Below, in pieces: positions 29,596 to 45,519 of a stretch of DNA of 64,000 nucleotides. Made by a program: the position numbers and the translations under genes. The first letter of the stretch is position 1. Each line of letters opens with the position of its first letter. Source of the DNA: Eledone cirrhosa (taxonomy: Eukaryota). The stretch spans positions 25,110,001 to 25,174,000 of the forward strand of contig OZ024751.1 of the NCBI GenBank assembly GCA_964016885.1. Direction: 5' to 3'. The notes under the pieces are model-generated. The model was given only the letters and a program-made list of their open reading frames with translations, had not been told where the DNA came from and did not search any database.

Positions 29596-30590
29596 CATAT
29601 GAACACACACACACACACACATATATATATATTCCATACGTATAAACGTTCTTTTGGCTGCTGTGGCGTACGTCGTCTGCCACGTAGTTGTATTGTTAAA
29701 CACCATATGCTAATACTTTTCCCTACACTCATCGTTCTCAGTTCTTTGTATCGTATTTGCGGTGCCGCATTAAGTTTCTTAGTCAATATGGTTTCGATTT
29801 CAACTTGGAACTATTTCCCTGTAATTACGTTGCTAATGAACTTGGCAAAGAAAGCCGTCATTTACAATTGCCATCCTATGAAATATAAGCAATCACGTTT
29901 CGAGCAATCATGCTATGTTAACTTAGTGAAGAAACAAAAATCAAATGAATTAGTAAACTTTGGCGACGAATAGACAGAGTCCTTAGGGTGTTGAATAGAA
30001 TATCTCGTGTTATTTGTTCTGAATTTCTATGATCTGAGTACAAATGACCAACTCCGCTCAAGATCAAATTTGCCTTTCATTCTTTGACAGTCGATAAATA
30101 AAAATACTAGCTCATAGTTGTAGATTGGTGGAATTGTTAGAGCGTCGAAAGGGAAGCTTTGTGGTATCTATTCCCATTGATTCGTGTTCTAGGATCAAAT
30201 TTCCATTCAGAATCTCATATTCCACCGCTGGCTGTTTCTGGAACACTGGGAGACGTTGTCAAGACCGACCAAAACAAACTGTGACACTTGCACCTTTTTG
30301 CAATCACGAATACTTCCCTTTTTATCTCAATGCAGTTTTGTGCTATGGGTAGAGATTAAAAATCCCAAGCAGTGGAGTGTGGGGGAGGCTCGAAGTTTCG
30401 CAACGCCATGCGTTCAATCCATGAAACGGGTAGCGTATTATGTCTTTGAGGAAGACATTTCATATTGGCACTCCCAATCGTCTAGTCAGCTGAACACTGA
30501 TTAGTAGCATCAAATCGGTGTTAATCTCGTAACAGATTCTTGTCCTCTCCAAGTGAGAGAGAAAGAAGAGTTGAGAAAGAGAGAGAGAGT

Positions 30591-30673
<83 letters not shown>

Positions 30674-31011
30674 AAGATAGTATTGCATTCGCAATCACTT
30701 AATGCTACGTAGTACCGTGATAATCTCCGATTTGATAAACCACTATTTTCGAGAAAGAGTTTGATATGAACCACCAAGCAAAATAATAACAGAGATCAGA
30801 ATATATATTCTACAGAATAAAAAGACAAAAGCCACTTCAGATAAAAACAATAAAAGCATAAAATAAACACTGCAGCAATGTAAGAGAAATGCGGCATATA
30901 GATATACTTTTACATTGAATACGTGAGCGTAATGATGATGAAGATAATGTTCATGATGATGATGATGGTAATAATGATAATAATAATGTTGATCTTGAGG
31001 ATGATGATGAT

Positions 31012-31048
<37 letters not shown>

Positions 31049-31307
31049 TTTATCATCATAATGAGGATAATACTTTCTTTTTGTGATAATAATAATGATA
31101 ATCTGAATTCATCAGATTCGAAACAGAAATTTTCCAGCTGCTCCTGAAGCACTTGATTGTTTGTATAATCAAATCATTTTTTATTAATCTCGTAACCGAC
31201 GTCTGAGATGCCTACTTCATACGAAACCAATCTGATTTGATTAAATGTAAATTAAAATCATATATATTTCTTTAAAATCTGCATTGTGGGTCTCAAAACA
31301 ACGTGAA

Positions 31308-31348
<41 letters not shown>

Positions 31349-32599
31349 GTATATAGTGAAAACTTGTAAGCAACTTGACAAATATCTGGTGTAGAATTAG
31401 TGTTTACTGTGTTTTTGTTATGAGGAAGGTATAGAGAAATGGAATATTAAACTTCGGTTTGCGTGACGGAGATGTGTCAAAACATTTACACGAGCTGTAC
31501 TATATTGCTAAGGAAGTGTAGTGGATTTAGCATCTTAAACCGTTTTAAAGCCAAATTTAAGGTAATATAATAATGATAATATAACAAGCATCTATAATAA
31601 AATAAAATAGGCTAGTTCTTTTAAAAGATTAAAACTCAATTCTTTGTTTGGAGAATATTATTGCTCGGCAGAGAATGAAAAATAAAACTGAGAAAAATAA
31701 AAATAAATACTAAAAGAACTCATAGCAAAAATAATTCTAATACAATATTGTGTTATGTCAAATCGCTGCAGAAGACACACAAGACAAAAGCCGATAATTG
31801 TATAGTTATTTCATTAGTCTAATAGAAAGTATTGAATTTCTTGAGCAGCAGAGAAGGAACGAAGATTTTTCCATCATCAAAAAGACCGTTGGTGTTATTC
31901 ATTCATTCGTTGGCAATAAATAAATAAATAAAAATGTCTCTTGCAAACATATTTAAATAACGAAAAAAGAAAATCACGCATATATGTTGAATATTTCGTA
32001 TGAGGCATATTGCAAACGTCGCTTAATATTTTTCAAGTTAATATCAGAGCAAAGTTAATAGAGATTCAAGCAACGAACTGGCAAAGCCATTAAAGTGTCG
32101 GATAGAAAGAATGCCTTGCGGTATTTGTTCAGGATCTCCGCACTTCAAGTTCCATTCCCAACGAGGTTGGCTTTGATGTTCTTCCTTTTCGGATCTTTAA
32201 ATAAAGTAGTAAATAAACAGGGTGGACTGCTGGAATTGTTAGAACACCAGAAGAGATGCATGTCAAGCTTTTTATAGTCTTATACCTCTTCCCTGAACAT
32301 CTTAGGTATCAGGAAAAGGCGAGACATCCATAAATGGGCAACTATAGGTTTCTACAAAATATCTCACCCGGACCTGCCCCATTGAGAAGAACATTTTTCA
32401 GTTTTAAGACATATGGAGGTTCCGCATATATATCTCTTATTTTAACGCAAGACTGCGCATCAACATGAGATATTTTTTCCACAAAGTTCGATCACCAATA
32501 GCAGGGTTTCAAGAGCAAACATCAAGTCCAGCGTATTAATAAAATAGGGTTTTGATAATAGTTTGATTATCAAGTGAGAAAATGAAAATAGAGAATAAA

Positions 32600-33180
32600 A
32601 TGTGCCTAAGTTAATGGGGAGGTCAGGTTTATTAAACTATATAAGGGGGAGTTATATAAAGGAATACAAAAATAGAAGATTTAGATGATTAAAATTCAAG
32701 GTACAAATGTTAATGGAAATGTGGGGTTAGATCTGACATCGTTATAAATTAGCTGCTGGGTTTAAACTAGTGTAAAGTAGAGAAGATTTCTGGTTTTCTA
32801 TTTAGTAGCTTTAGTTTAGAGTGCGAGACTCTAGGAGACAGAGGTCACAAAATTCGTTGGATGGTTTATGAGAGGGAGATTTAGCTAACACGTTCCATTG
32901 TAGGGTGTAAGGTTTGTTGCTAGTTCTCAATGAAGCTATATGTATATAGATAATGAAGTAGCATGTTTTAGTTTAGAACTTTTAGAATTTTTTCAGAATT
33001 TTTTCAGAATTTTTAGAATTTATAAACATTTTTTACTTTTTAAATTCTAAATTAGGATTAGGAATTTATTTGTTTTAACATTGTATATGCTCCGATGATT
33101 CCAGACATATGCCTGGAAGATACGACCGTTAGCAATTAAATGCATTAAACAAAAATGTTATTGTTTTCTATGTTGTGTGT
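32600..33180 (+). mobile_element. Degenerate Penelope-like 3' region: GIY-YIG remnant followed by a mutated hammerhead
   Basis: Fragments ...HKIRW...GCKVC..LNEAMYI, then UGCU|CCGAUGA|UUCCAG..CUGGAA|GAUA|CGACCG|UU^AGCA at 33088-33134. A similar fragment lies near 17255-17410. Confidence 0.4.
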
Positions 33181-33418
33181 GTGTGTGTATACATATGACG
33201 GCGGTGAATTTGTTTTGCAAGGTTTTTGATATGAAATCGTGTGTCGAAACAAATATTGTTATTACATGGGGAGAGTCATATTGTTGTAATATTGCCAGGA
33301 ATAATTACAGAATACACTCATTGTTTGGTTGGTTTTCGCTTCTGTATCTTATATCTCCACAGTTAATTTATTTGGCAATCAATGTTTATCATTGATTGAC
33401 CAGCGGTTAAAAATACAG

Positions 33419-33453
<35 letters not shown>

Positions 33454-34816
33454 ACAAATAAGAAATTACACTCTCATTTGCTATTGAAAACGGTATAAGT
33501 TTAAACGTAGAGCAAAGATCCCTATAATACACATACATGATGGGATCCACATAGTTTTCTTCGACTATGGAAAACTAGTCATTAGTGAAGTGACTCATCC
33601 GGGATTACAGTAGATTACGCTTAACGGAAACGCAACGGTAATGGAGTCAAACTCGAAACCACGAAGGTTGCGAAGCGAATGCCTAAACCACACGACTATA
33701 TCTGCGACTATAATTTGTAAACATACAAATCAATTTATAAATATGAATGAAATACAACTAAAATATTCATAACAAACTCGCTTGACAGATTTTCTATTTG
33801 TTGAAGAATATTTTAGAAAGAAGGAAAGAGGGATACGTTTAAATTGTATAAGAGAAAAGAAGATGAGCGAGAGGATGGTGAGGGATGTAGAGGGGAGAAG
33901 GGAAAATAGAGAAGAATAAGTAGGAAAGGCATAATGTTGAATTGGTATAAACGTACGATTCTCTCACACAATATAAGATAAAATATTAGGCATTGAACAC
34001 CATGCTGCTCACAACTACTCGATGAGTCTTATGCAGGTATTATCATTGTATTATGTAGAGATCATATGTAGCAGAAGAACGAGTGAAATATTTAAGCTAG
34101 GTGAAAGCTCGATATGTCAAGTCGAGATTGTTGAGAGGTTATTGAAAGATCGCCTATTTAAGTCATTTCAGAAATATGATTTGACATTTATGACGACTGC
34201 CATTTCCATGGAAAATTCAACTTGGTTCGTTCGTGCGTTTGTTGTTCACCTCTTGTCCATTAGCACGGTGACATTCTACCACATTAATGGCGAGCTTTCT
34301 GTTTCTGCTGTTTTCATGTTTTTACAATGGTTTGTTTGTTTGTTTGTTTGTTTGTTTGTTTGTAAAATTAATGTTACAATATGAGGAATGTTCTCTTTAA
34401 TAACCGAGTTACGCATCCAAATGATAGAAATAAGGTGAGGGCAACGTAACTTGATCTGTAAATGGATAGGCAAGGCGTCTTTAAACGTCTCGTGTAATTT
34501 CCTGTAACGTTGACTATTTACAGCAAGTGAATTTGTAGAAACTAGGTGTTATGTTAAGAAGAATATGTAAATAATATCTACTGCTTATTTCTCTGGGTCT
34601 GTTTTTTGATGGGGGAGTGTGTTGCTACAACGGTTCACTGGGGCCATGATACGTCACCAACTTTCGTTGCTGTCTACTTAATCATATCAGTACTACTATC
34701 ATTTTAGGCTCATTGTTATTTTATTGATTTTGATTCATTTTTATAGAATAGCTAACTGACACGTTTTTGCACAAATAGGAGTTCAAAGGCCTAACAAAAG
34801 TCAGACACAGACACAC

Positions 34817-34866
<50 letters not shown>

Positions 34867-34923
34867 CTAAATTATATTAAGGATGTCATATCTGAGAATA
34901 TCACAATCATGCGTCATACCATT

Positions 34924-34981
<58 letters not shown>

Positions 34982-35115
34982 TATAATAAGGGTTGACCGA
35001 CCCACCATATTTATATATATATTTATGTATGTATGTATATATATATATATATATGAATGTGTGTGTAAATTCACTACTATCCTTTTCTCATTCTCTCTCT
35101 CCCTCTCTACCTATC

Positions 35116-35189
<74 letters not shown>

Positions 35190-35497
35190 TAACAGATTAA
35201 CGTTTAAGCAAAGAATCGATGCTTTCGCCCTTGACGGGATCTTCTGAAAGTCAACAAAATCAATCTGTGGACGCCGAAGAAATATTTCGAAAAACGTTGC
35301 AACCGAAGGAAATCAGGAAGACGATACTTTGGTTTGTGAAGACGTTCCTTGGCAATGAGGGTTTTGGTATATGTACGTTTGTTGGACATATGTGTATTTA
35401 AGAGTAGGTATGTGTGTGTGTATGTTATATGTATATATGTGTGTATATTTATATATGTACATATAATTATATGTACACACACTCACACACACACACT

Positions 35498-35536
<39 letters not shown>

Positions 35537-35770
35537 GTATATATATAGAGAATTTAGTATATCTACTAACATATGCGTACAGATGTACGCTAATGCTAGC
35601 AAATACACAGGTTATGTCATAGTACCTAGGTGGTTCAATGCAGGAGGATGCAGAACAATAATATAAAAGACGTAAAATAAGAAAATTTTAAAAAATTTAA
35701 AAAATTAACTTACTTACTAAATTTTTTAAAATGTTCTTATTTTACGTCTTTTATATGTGTATATATATAC

Positions 35771-35810
<40 letters not shown>

Positions 35811-36844
35811 ATTTGGTGTATACGTTCGTATGTGTGCGGGTATATGTGTTTTGCCTGGTTTGCGTACGTGTGCGCGTGTCTATGTCTATGTGCATGTATA
35901 TGTCCGTAGGGCGTGCGTTTTCGCGTATAGCACGTGTATGCAGGTATATAGATGTGTGTATGTATATATATATAATTGTATAAACTTAAATATTATTACT
36001 TTTATGATTTTGATAACCTCGGTCATTTTCGTTTAAGAGCCAAATATCACTGGAACAGTTAAGTGTCGTATTTCCTATTTACTACCAACTACAAAGAATT
36101 ATAGAATGAATTATGTTATATTTATGGTTATATAAATGGTTACTCTACTGTTTTGACTTCATGTGAATTATGAAGCACTTCTACATAAATCTCCGTTATT
36201 CATCATCTTTAGAAGGTAGAGTTAACTGCTACACATTATACATATTTAATTATTTGTGAAATATTCAAAACCTTATGCTTGAATGGATTAATAGGTTTCA
36301 TATAGCTTTGGTTATGACTAAATATTTCACGATAGAAAACATCTATTAAAGAGGCGGAGGTATGAATCCATGGTTAAGAAGTTCGTTTAAAGACAATGTG
36401 ACTTTGGGTTCTCTCCCAATATGTGTCACTTTGCAAGTTTGTCTTTTATCATAGACCTGGGTTGTCTAATACCTTGTCATGTGAGTTTAATTTGGTCAGT
36501 GGTACAGATTGAAAGGTTTAATTATACACACATACAGACACGTACATAGATACATACACACACAAACGCACACATATATATATAGTAGTTTATTCGTTCA
36601 CTCGATGGAGAAGGGATGGGGCCGTCGTCGAGCGGTGGTCTATTTATTTGGTGCGAAGCGTGCGATGCATGACGTGCGCGCTTTGACGGGCGACGACTCA
36701 ATCGTTAGTCGAGAACAGTGTCGGTCGGTGAGTTTAACTGGAGCGAAAAGTCTATCAAAGGGTAACAAAGGTGTCCCAAGGTAAGCTTACCGTTGACGGA
36801 AACCACGCATTGGGCAAAAGGGCAGAAGCTCGCTCGATCTCGAT

Positions 36845-36896
<52 letters not shown>

Positions 36897-37850
36897 TACT
36901 TTTATCGATTCCTCTTTAGATTTTCGTCTTTGTATTTATTATTACTATAAAGTTACCTGTCCGTTTTTCCATTTTCCCTCGTTGCCTGTATCCTATGGTC
37001 CCTCCTGTTTTGGATACATATCACATGCCGATATGTCTAGTTTGAAGCATCCAATCACTAAAGATTTCCTAGAGCATTTAAGGATGAGTTTAAATGTTAA
37101 TGTGTTTGACTCCCGATCATATGGTCATGCGTTCGATTCCTGCACCGAGTGGCATGGTGTCTCCTTGATCAAGGTACCCTATTCCATGTTATTTAAGTCT
37201 ATTCAGCTGAAGAAAAAATAAATTGTCGCTGTATTTTAAATGGCCAGTCTTGTCTCATACTTTCATCCTGAATTTCCATGAGAATTATCTCTTAATTTTA
37301 CACGTGTCTGTTGATTGCTCAGCCCCTTGCATGGTAATTTCATGAGTATCCCGTTCCCTTGTTCGAAAAACTGGAACGCTGAACGCCGATGTTGATAGAA
37401 GTTCCACATACACATGCAAATCCATATTCATGCACATATATATCTACAATATTTTATTAAACATCATTTGTTGTGATAGGAAAGGTGAACCTTCCTTTTT
37501 ATTTTACAGAAATGAATCAAAACTGAGTGAAGAATAGGTTAGAAGGAACTTACATCGATATATTCAACTCGTTGACAGTTCTTATTCAAAAGTTCGTACA
37601 ACATTGTAACATTCGTTGCCAAGAGATTTTGTTATACTTATATTAAATTTCATTGTTCTGTTATGGTAGAAAAGGTAGTACCCATGAGCATTTTCAGAGA
37701 CACTGAGACAGAATTGAGGGAGATACGTAAATATAAAGACATCCTTAAAGCAGGGAACTGATCTGGAGTCTATGAATTTGCCAGGGCTGGATGTTTGCAA
37801 AAAAAAGGTCAGGAAGGCGTCTATTAATTTGCCGCTAAAATATATTTGTT

Positions 37851-38171
37851 AAGGTGTCAAATTAGCAGAGTCGTTAGAATATCAGATAGAATACTTTGCG
37901 ATTTTTGTTTCAGCTCTCTGCTCACTGAGTTCAAATCCAGCCGAAGTCAACTTTACCTTTCAGCCATTCAAGATCGATAAGAAAAATCACTAGTACTGTG
38001 GTCGATTCTTCTTTTATATATCCTTCTCATCTCCTTTCTATCCTTTTCTGGAAGAAATCTGCTGTATTCAGACCAGAAGTGGATTAGGCCCCACCAGGTT
38101 TTAAAATGTTCAAGAAACGTGGTATTGACATGCGGCGCCCCTACAACTCGATCAGGAGTTACAGAACCATG
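37851..38171 (+). mobile_element. Long-tailed Meta/MESC SINE subfamily copy
   Basis: B-box GAGTTCAAATCC, a degenerate Meta domain and the shared long tail. Confidence 0.75.
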
Positions 38172-41015
38172 CAAGCATATATTATTTAGAAAAACATATT
38201 TATCTCCTAGAATCTAGCGTAAGACAAGCGGCATGTGGAATATGTGATGATTTTCGATTTTTTTTAAATTCTATAAGATTGAACATATTGTTGGTAACGT
38301 AGAAGAAAAAATACATATTAATTTTGAGAGCATATTTTAAACCTAAGTGTAATGGTAGCACATGTCACTATTATTGCAAACTTCTATTAATGTAATTGAC
38401 AGGAGCAACTTTATACAACCAGAAGTATTAAAGCTATTTCTCTCTCCATTTCTTTTCCTCTCACTCACACCATCTTTCTCTTCCCCTCCTTCTCTCATAA
38501 TCTCTCTCCCTCTCTATATCTAGCTGTCTATCGATCTATTAAGTATAATTAATTTTGCCATCCGTCCATACCATATGAAGAGTTTTTAACAAAATTCAAT
38601 GAAGATATAATTTGAATACACATTCTGTCATATTTCTCCAATTCGTTTTATCACCAAAATAAGACATTTCCATAACATTTCATAACATTTCATAACATTC
38701 CATAACTTCTCTCCATAGTTCTCATAGTATGACTTCCGTTTGTGGAAAACTACATGAAAACCATTTCGATCGAGGAAAGTGAAGAAAGGAAAATGATAGA
38801 AAAGTCTATGATACAACGTTATAAAATATGTATTGAAGAGTAAAATATTTACATGTTAAAGGAATTATACAAAGGCTGTTCCATATTAATAAGTTTCAAT
38901 GAATTATTTTATTCTGTTAGTCATTTGACTTAGACCAAACTGGAGCACCACCTTGATAACTCGTAAATGAAAAGGAAATATGAGAGAACTCCATCTGGGT
39001 TTGAATCTGGGACCTCTCATGCTCTAAGACAAAATTGCACATGTAGATCGATAATTCAATATTATTGTTTAATGTTTTAAGAGTTATATTTCATGTTATT
39101 TTATTTTATTACAACATAGAATGAACTGAAAATATTTCGGGATCCGAACGGACAAAATAGCCAAAGTATTTCTTTAATGAATGGCGAGAGGGATGCGTTA
39201 AATGAACCATTCAACATTGAGGTACGACTGTCTCTATCCCAGTAGAAGGTGGTATGAAAAGAAACCTATCAGAGGGAATCTAGTACTTTTCTAGTCTATG
39301 ATCTTCAACCCCTCGGGCGATGGAACTTGGAGCTGATGCCAATTTCAGCGGTCACATTTTCTATCAGAACTTAATCGCTTCCGAAAGAAAAAAAACAGCG
39401 ATGGTGTCAAATTTACAGAACTTCTTTTTGTTTTACCCTATTTTCAATGAAATACACTATTAATTTTTAAGATTATGAAGAGTTTGAGGGAATAACCGAA
39501 TCTTTCATCATTAAACTGAGTCTTAGATCTTAACTGGTAGAACTTATTTTACACAAGATGAAAAATTATAATCTAAATACGAATTGTTTTACAAATGTTA
39601 ACGAATTATTTTACAATATTTGTATCATAGAACCAGACGTGACTCCGAGAGTATTAGTACAAACATATTTAAGGAATATAATCTTTTTAATTATCTCTTA
39701 AAATTGATTAACTAATTTTCAAAATATTTACCACTCTTTAAATAGCTAGATGGGCAAAGAAATAGTAAAAAATCTAAACCCAATACTTAAGAATAGACAC
39801 TTGTACCAATATTTAGTGTTGGGGTGAGAGCGATTGGTTGGTAGAGGGTGATGAATTAGAAGAGGGTGGTAAATTGGCAAGATTGGTAGAGCGTCAGAAG
39901 TAATGTTTTGCTGTATTTAGCTACGACGTCCTGGGTTTATATGTCGCAGTGGGAAACTGTCACTTTCTTTATTCGAGGGTCGATAAAATAAAGTACTGTG
40001 GGATTGATTTAATGAAATTTGCCATTCCCCCAAATTTGCTGGCTTTCTGCCTAAACCACAAATCAATATTTAATACTGGATCCTATTAGCAATTTTTAAA
40101 GATGGCCTCAATCGAAATATTTAGACAGAGACTTTTTGTACGACTAATCAGGGTTAACGATAATCCGAAATGTTGTCTGTCTACGTAAATAGAATTTTTT
40201 CACATTTCGATTTTGCTTTCATGCTTCTGGCGTCGATAACTTAAATATCTTTCATGCATTGTAGTCGATTTTATCATATATGCTATTATCCTCTTTGCCA
40301 AAAATAGCTATCGTGAGTAATCAAAAGAAATTTTTTAATAAAATAATCATTCATATTTCGTCTAAGAATCAGTCTGGATATCAGTAAAGACAAATAGAAA
40401 CTGTATCATACTGGACTGCTAAAACATCATCATCTTATTCTGTAATGAAGAAGGTGGTGAATTGAGAGAGTGGGCAGTGTGTAGGATTTATTCCGGTTCA
40501 GCGGCCTTTGAGTTCAAATCCCACTGGTGTCACCTTAGCAGTTCAGCCGTTTAGAGCCGATAAATAAATTATAAATCAGGAGGCATGGATAGTGGAAATT
40601 GTAGAAGTGATGGACGGGATCATTTGCGATATTTGAACCTTCATCTTTTCTGTTAAGAGCTGTGGCCTGGAGATAGCGGCGTAGGAAAGACTAATGGAAA
40701 CATTGTTTCCAGGGATCGATTCAAAGATCGGCCTCTTTTATTGTTTTCTTTTATAACAAACACGACATCGATAATCATTTGTAAATGTTTCCCTTTTTTA
40801 AATTTACCGCCACATTATATACAACATGAGGATACAGTGTAGGCATGTCTGTTTATTTAAGAAGTTCGCGTCACAATGATAATCTTTCGGGTTCCATTCG
40901 AACCTCTTGTGTGACACCAAGGGAAAATTAACTGCCATCACATAAACACGGCTTGATCAATTGGTTTGATAGCGTGATTTGGTAAACGTAATCGATGAGG
41001 AAAAAAACACCTCAT

Positions 41016-41091
<76 letters not shown>

Positions 41092-41186
41092 GGCTCTCGA
41101 CTCTTTATAATATAGCCAAACTCTACTATTTCAAGTATCGAGTACTCTGGTGGGTAATAGTCTAACTAGTTTTAAGCTGGTTCTCT

Positions 41187-41291
<105 letters not shown>

Positions 41292-41296
41292 CATAT

Positions 41297-41350
<54 letters not shown>

Positions 41351-42091
41351 TTGACTTATTTGAGGTGTTGATTCGCTTCTTAATGTTAAGCTGTTCTTCT
41401 GTATAAATCCCTCCCCCGGACGAATGCACAACCCTATATTAAGCCATGCCAGCATACAACAGCTATAAAAGAGTGCAATAATCACGAAACTGGGGATCCT
41501 CGTGTCACTGGTAGAGCTTTACAGCTGTAATAAAATACAAATCACTCTTCCTTTATACCGAGTTTTGTTTCACCCGTTAGCTCCTCAAATGGTGGACAGT
41601 GATACCATCTTTGTCGTCTCAAGAGACACATTATCAACTTTATTCAGGTATTATTTATAATTATCAAACATTATTATAGTTATCTGCGTCGTAGCGACTA
41701 TATTTTGAAAAATCAGAAAATTCGATGGAAGTCTCTTGTGATAATTGTTCAGCACTGAATAACAGACAGTCCTTTGTTACTATTACCCTCAATAATGAAG
41801 TAAACCAGTTATTGCCTCATTGGAGACAAGTAGTAATAGAGAATTAGATTACTATTGGCGTTATTCTGTTCTTTAGCCTCGGAAAAGTTGAGGTTAAGTA
41901 GATCTATGATGAAAACTGTTATAGCGATGACATTACGTATTCGTTTCAGGCATTGTATCTCAATACCTGGTTATACTATATAGTCCAAAGTATCAACGTT
42001 TTAAGATGCTAGGGTGAGATTTAAGGGAAATGTTGTTGCTATTTCTATCACGTTGAGCTACCACGTCATGGTTTCTCTGGTGGTTTATTAC

Positions 42092-42289
42092 CAGAACTGC
42101 CAACGTCTAAAAACCCGAACGGACAGTACCATGAAAAAAGTGCCCCCAAACGGGGAGAAATGAGGTAGAATGGGAAGATTTTACATAATGAGATCTATAT
42201 CCATTTTCACAAGAGAAGACATCTCCCATCCACTTGGGTGAGGTGGACAGCCCCCCCCCCCCGCCGGACGGGGAGAGTTGTCAGGTCTG
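42092..42289. mobile_element. MITE copy 2 (inverted relative to 24498-24670)
   Basis: CAGAACTGCCAAC...GTTGTCAGGTCTG termini. The interior aligns to the reverse complement of copy 1. Confidence 0.7.
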
Positions 42290-42945
42290 TCTTTACTGCA
42301 TTTAGTGTTACAACAATTTTAACTTCACTCTTGCTGCTGGTATTTCTAGCATCTAACACGTTGAGTGACCACAGTAATGGCTTCCTTGGTGGCTCATTTA
42401 TTTTTGCAAGAGTTTTAACCTCACTCATTTATTTTTTTCATGCTAATCTTAATGTTCTTAATGTTGCTGCTACTTCTAGCACGTTGAGTCGCAGCTTCCT
42501 TGGTGGCTCATTACTGTATTTATTATTGCAACAGTTTTAACCTCACTCATTTATCTTGTTAATGCTAATCTTAATGTCCGTAATGTTGGTCTCGTGGCTG
42601 ATACTGAAACAGCTAATGCGATAGCTTCAGCAGATTAGAAAAAAAAACGAGAAACTTAATTGTCTAAACAATGATATTGCTGTGATTAGTCGCTATATTC
42701 ATTGATCAATCAATCTTGACTGTTTAGATATAGAGATCAATGTTATTTCGATACTTTGATCAGTAAAATTCACATAAAAGATTTATAGGTCAATTTCAGA
42801 TTTGCTTTGTAGTCTGTTCAAACGTTATTGTGAAAATATTACATCAATATTCAGAAAGGTTGATAAAATTTGTAAAGAGAATTGATAAAGTTTTTTTTCG
42901 TTATTATTATCAAAAGAATTTTACTCTTCTTTTTCCTGATTAATT

Positions 42946-42989
<44 letters not shown>

Positions 42990-43009
42990 GTGTGTGTGTG
43001 TGTGTTATA

Positions 43010-43071
<62 letters not shown>

Positions 43072-43115
43072 GATATATATACGATGTATCCCAACAATTT
43101 AAATAGAACTTTACC

Positions 43116-43150
<35 letters not shown>

Positions 43151-43156
43151 ATGTGT

Positions 43157-43207
<51 letters not shown>

Positions 43208-43876
43208 TTTAGAGCTTTAAAATTATAAAATAAGAAGAAATAATAGACACAGATTTATAACCATTTTTTCTTCAAAGTCCCGACTGTACAGTTTCGCTGT
43301 TCCGTTTGCAACAATTGCACATTATATGTGCAATAGTGTTTTGAGGTGCACCAGCTTCTCAAGGAACACCTCAGGGAAGGACGTGTTTGTAGCAATAGGC
43401 GGCAGGAGGAATTAACACGTGATGCATCGGTCCAGAAAGGGGACTGATTCCCTCATAGCAAGTGAAAAATATCTCAAAAGGCGGAAGGAGAGATTAATGC
43501 ACGATACAGAGGTTACAGGCGGGTAGTAAGATGGACGGAAAGCGAATATAGTGTTTGCTTAAGAAAGCAGTTATTACACTTTCGGGTTAACTCAGCCGTA
43601 AGGGAGTTTGAGGCAATATAATAATTTAGTATATACATAAATATATATATATATATACACATATATATTTCCATATGTATGCGAGTGTGTGGTGTCAACT
43701 TTAGCCAGTTTTGCTCGATGATCAGGAGAGGCAAGATAATCAAAATAATTAAATTGACTCAATATCAGAGCTATATATCAAATTATAAAATAATAAGAAA
43801 TAATATTTGTATATATATATATATTTGTGTATATATATCTAAACATATATATATATATATATTTGTGTATATATAT

Positions 43877-43947
<71 letters not shown>

Positions 43948-44117
43948 TGTATATATATATTTGTATATATATATATATTTGCATATATATATATATTTGT
44001 ATATATATATATTTGTATATATATATATATATACATATATACATATGTATTATATAATATATATATATATATATATATTTGTATATATATATATATATAT
44101 ATTTGTATATATATATT

Positions 44118-44182
<65 letters not shown>

Positions 44183-44186
44183 GTAT

Positions 44187-44259
<73 letters not shown>

Positions 44260-44969
44260 TATATTTGTATATATATATATATATATATAAAATTTGTTTC
44301 TATTTTGTTTTCTGATTTCAAAATAGTAAATATGTACGTTTATATTTTAATAAAGTTTTACATTGACGCGAATGTTTCTGTGTTCATCGTTTGAACATCT
44401 GATAACATCGCTGCTAAATCTTTAATGAGGAGGGAACAAACAGTGAAAACTGAAAGAAAAATATTGTTTGTTAAAGCAGGTTAGAGATGGAAGCAATGAC
44501 GCTAGGTGTCGTTGTAAAAACATTAACTGCTTATTTTTCTTGTCATAATTTTTGATTTGATTGATGTTAATCCTGAGCATCACAAAACCCAATAATACTC
44601 TTGAAGTTAAATCTTTAATTCTGTGAATAAAAAATTATTAGCGATCAGAAGTATACTATAATGAAAATATTTAAAATCGAATAAAATAATGAAATGACAC
44701 CGAGAATGGACAAATAAAAAAAAAGTGCAGAAAAAATTATATAACGGAAACATTGGAATAGGGAAGGTGAGGGCAAAATTTATACACATCGCTGGGTGAT
44801 ATATCTTAGCTGAGCCCTGCGGACAAGACGGCGAAAGCATTGCCATGTAGAACATCCAACGACACCAATATTTGGGGCGGGAGCTCCTATCTGCTTGCAA
44901 TAGTGAGAGGTGGGGAGAGCGGGAGAAACAGAGGCAGTGACAGTGATAGTTTGGTTCCATTATGTTTGA

Positions 44970-45158
44970 GGGCGGTGGATTGGCAGTATCAGTAGAGGGT
45001 CGGACGCCATGCTTTCCAGCATAGTTACGTCCCTTTACGATCTGAGTTCAAATCCCGCCGAGGTTGACTTTGCCTTTCATCCTTACGGGGTCGATAAAAT
45101 AAAGTACCAGTAATGCACTGGGTTATTGCTGGCCTTGTGCCTAAAGTAGAGACAATTA
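44970..45158 (+). mobile_element. Full-length Meta/MESC SINE with a 10-bp target-site duplication
   Basis: ATTATGTTTG occurs at 44959 and 45155. A related uninterrupted site is seen at about 52320-52365. Confidence 0.93.
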
Positions 45159-45519
45159 TGTTTGGACCTGGTATATATGTAAATATATATTTACCACACC
45201 ACTTTTATATTATAAACTATCACCTAAGTAACCAAAATTATATTTTCTTTTTCAATCAGTTGACGTTTGTAATGTTGTGAATTGTATTCAAAATAGAAAT
45301 ATTTTATGAAATTCATGTTCTATTTTGTTCTATTCTATCAGTGGAAACATCTTACAGTTTAAATGTCCGTGATTGACATTAGCTTGTTTGTGTCATTAGT
45401 GCACATTAGTCATGGTGTGAAAATTGAGCAAAATAAAATGTCAAGTTAATAACACACAAAAAAACATTGAAATAGCATTTTAAAAGAACACAGGTCATGA
45501 ACACGTCATGTTTACGTGT

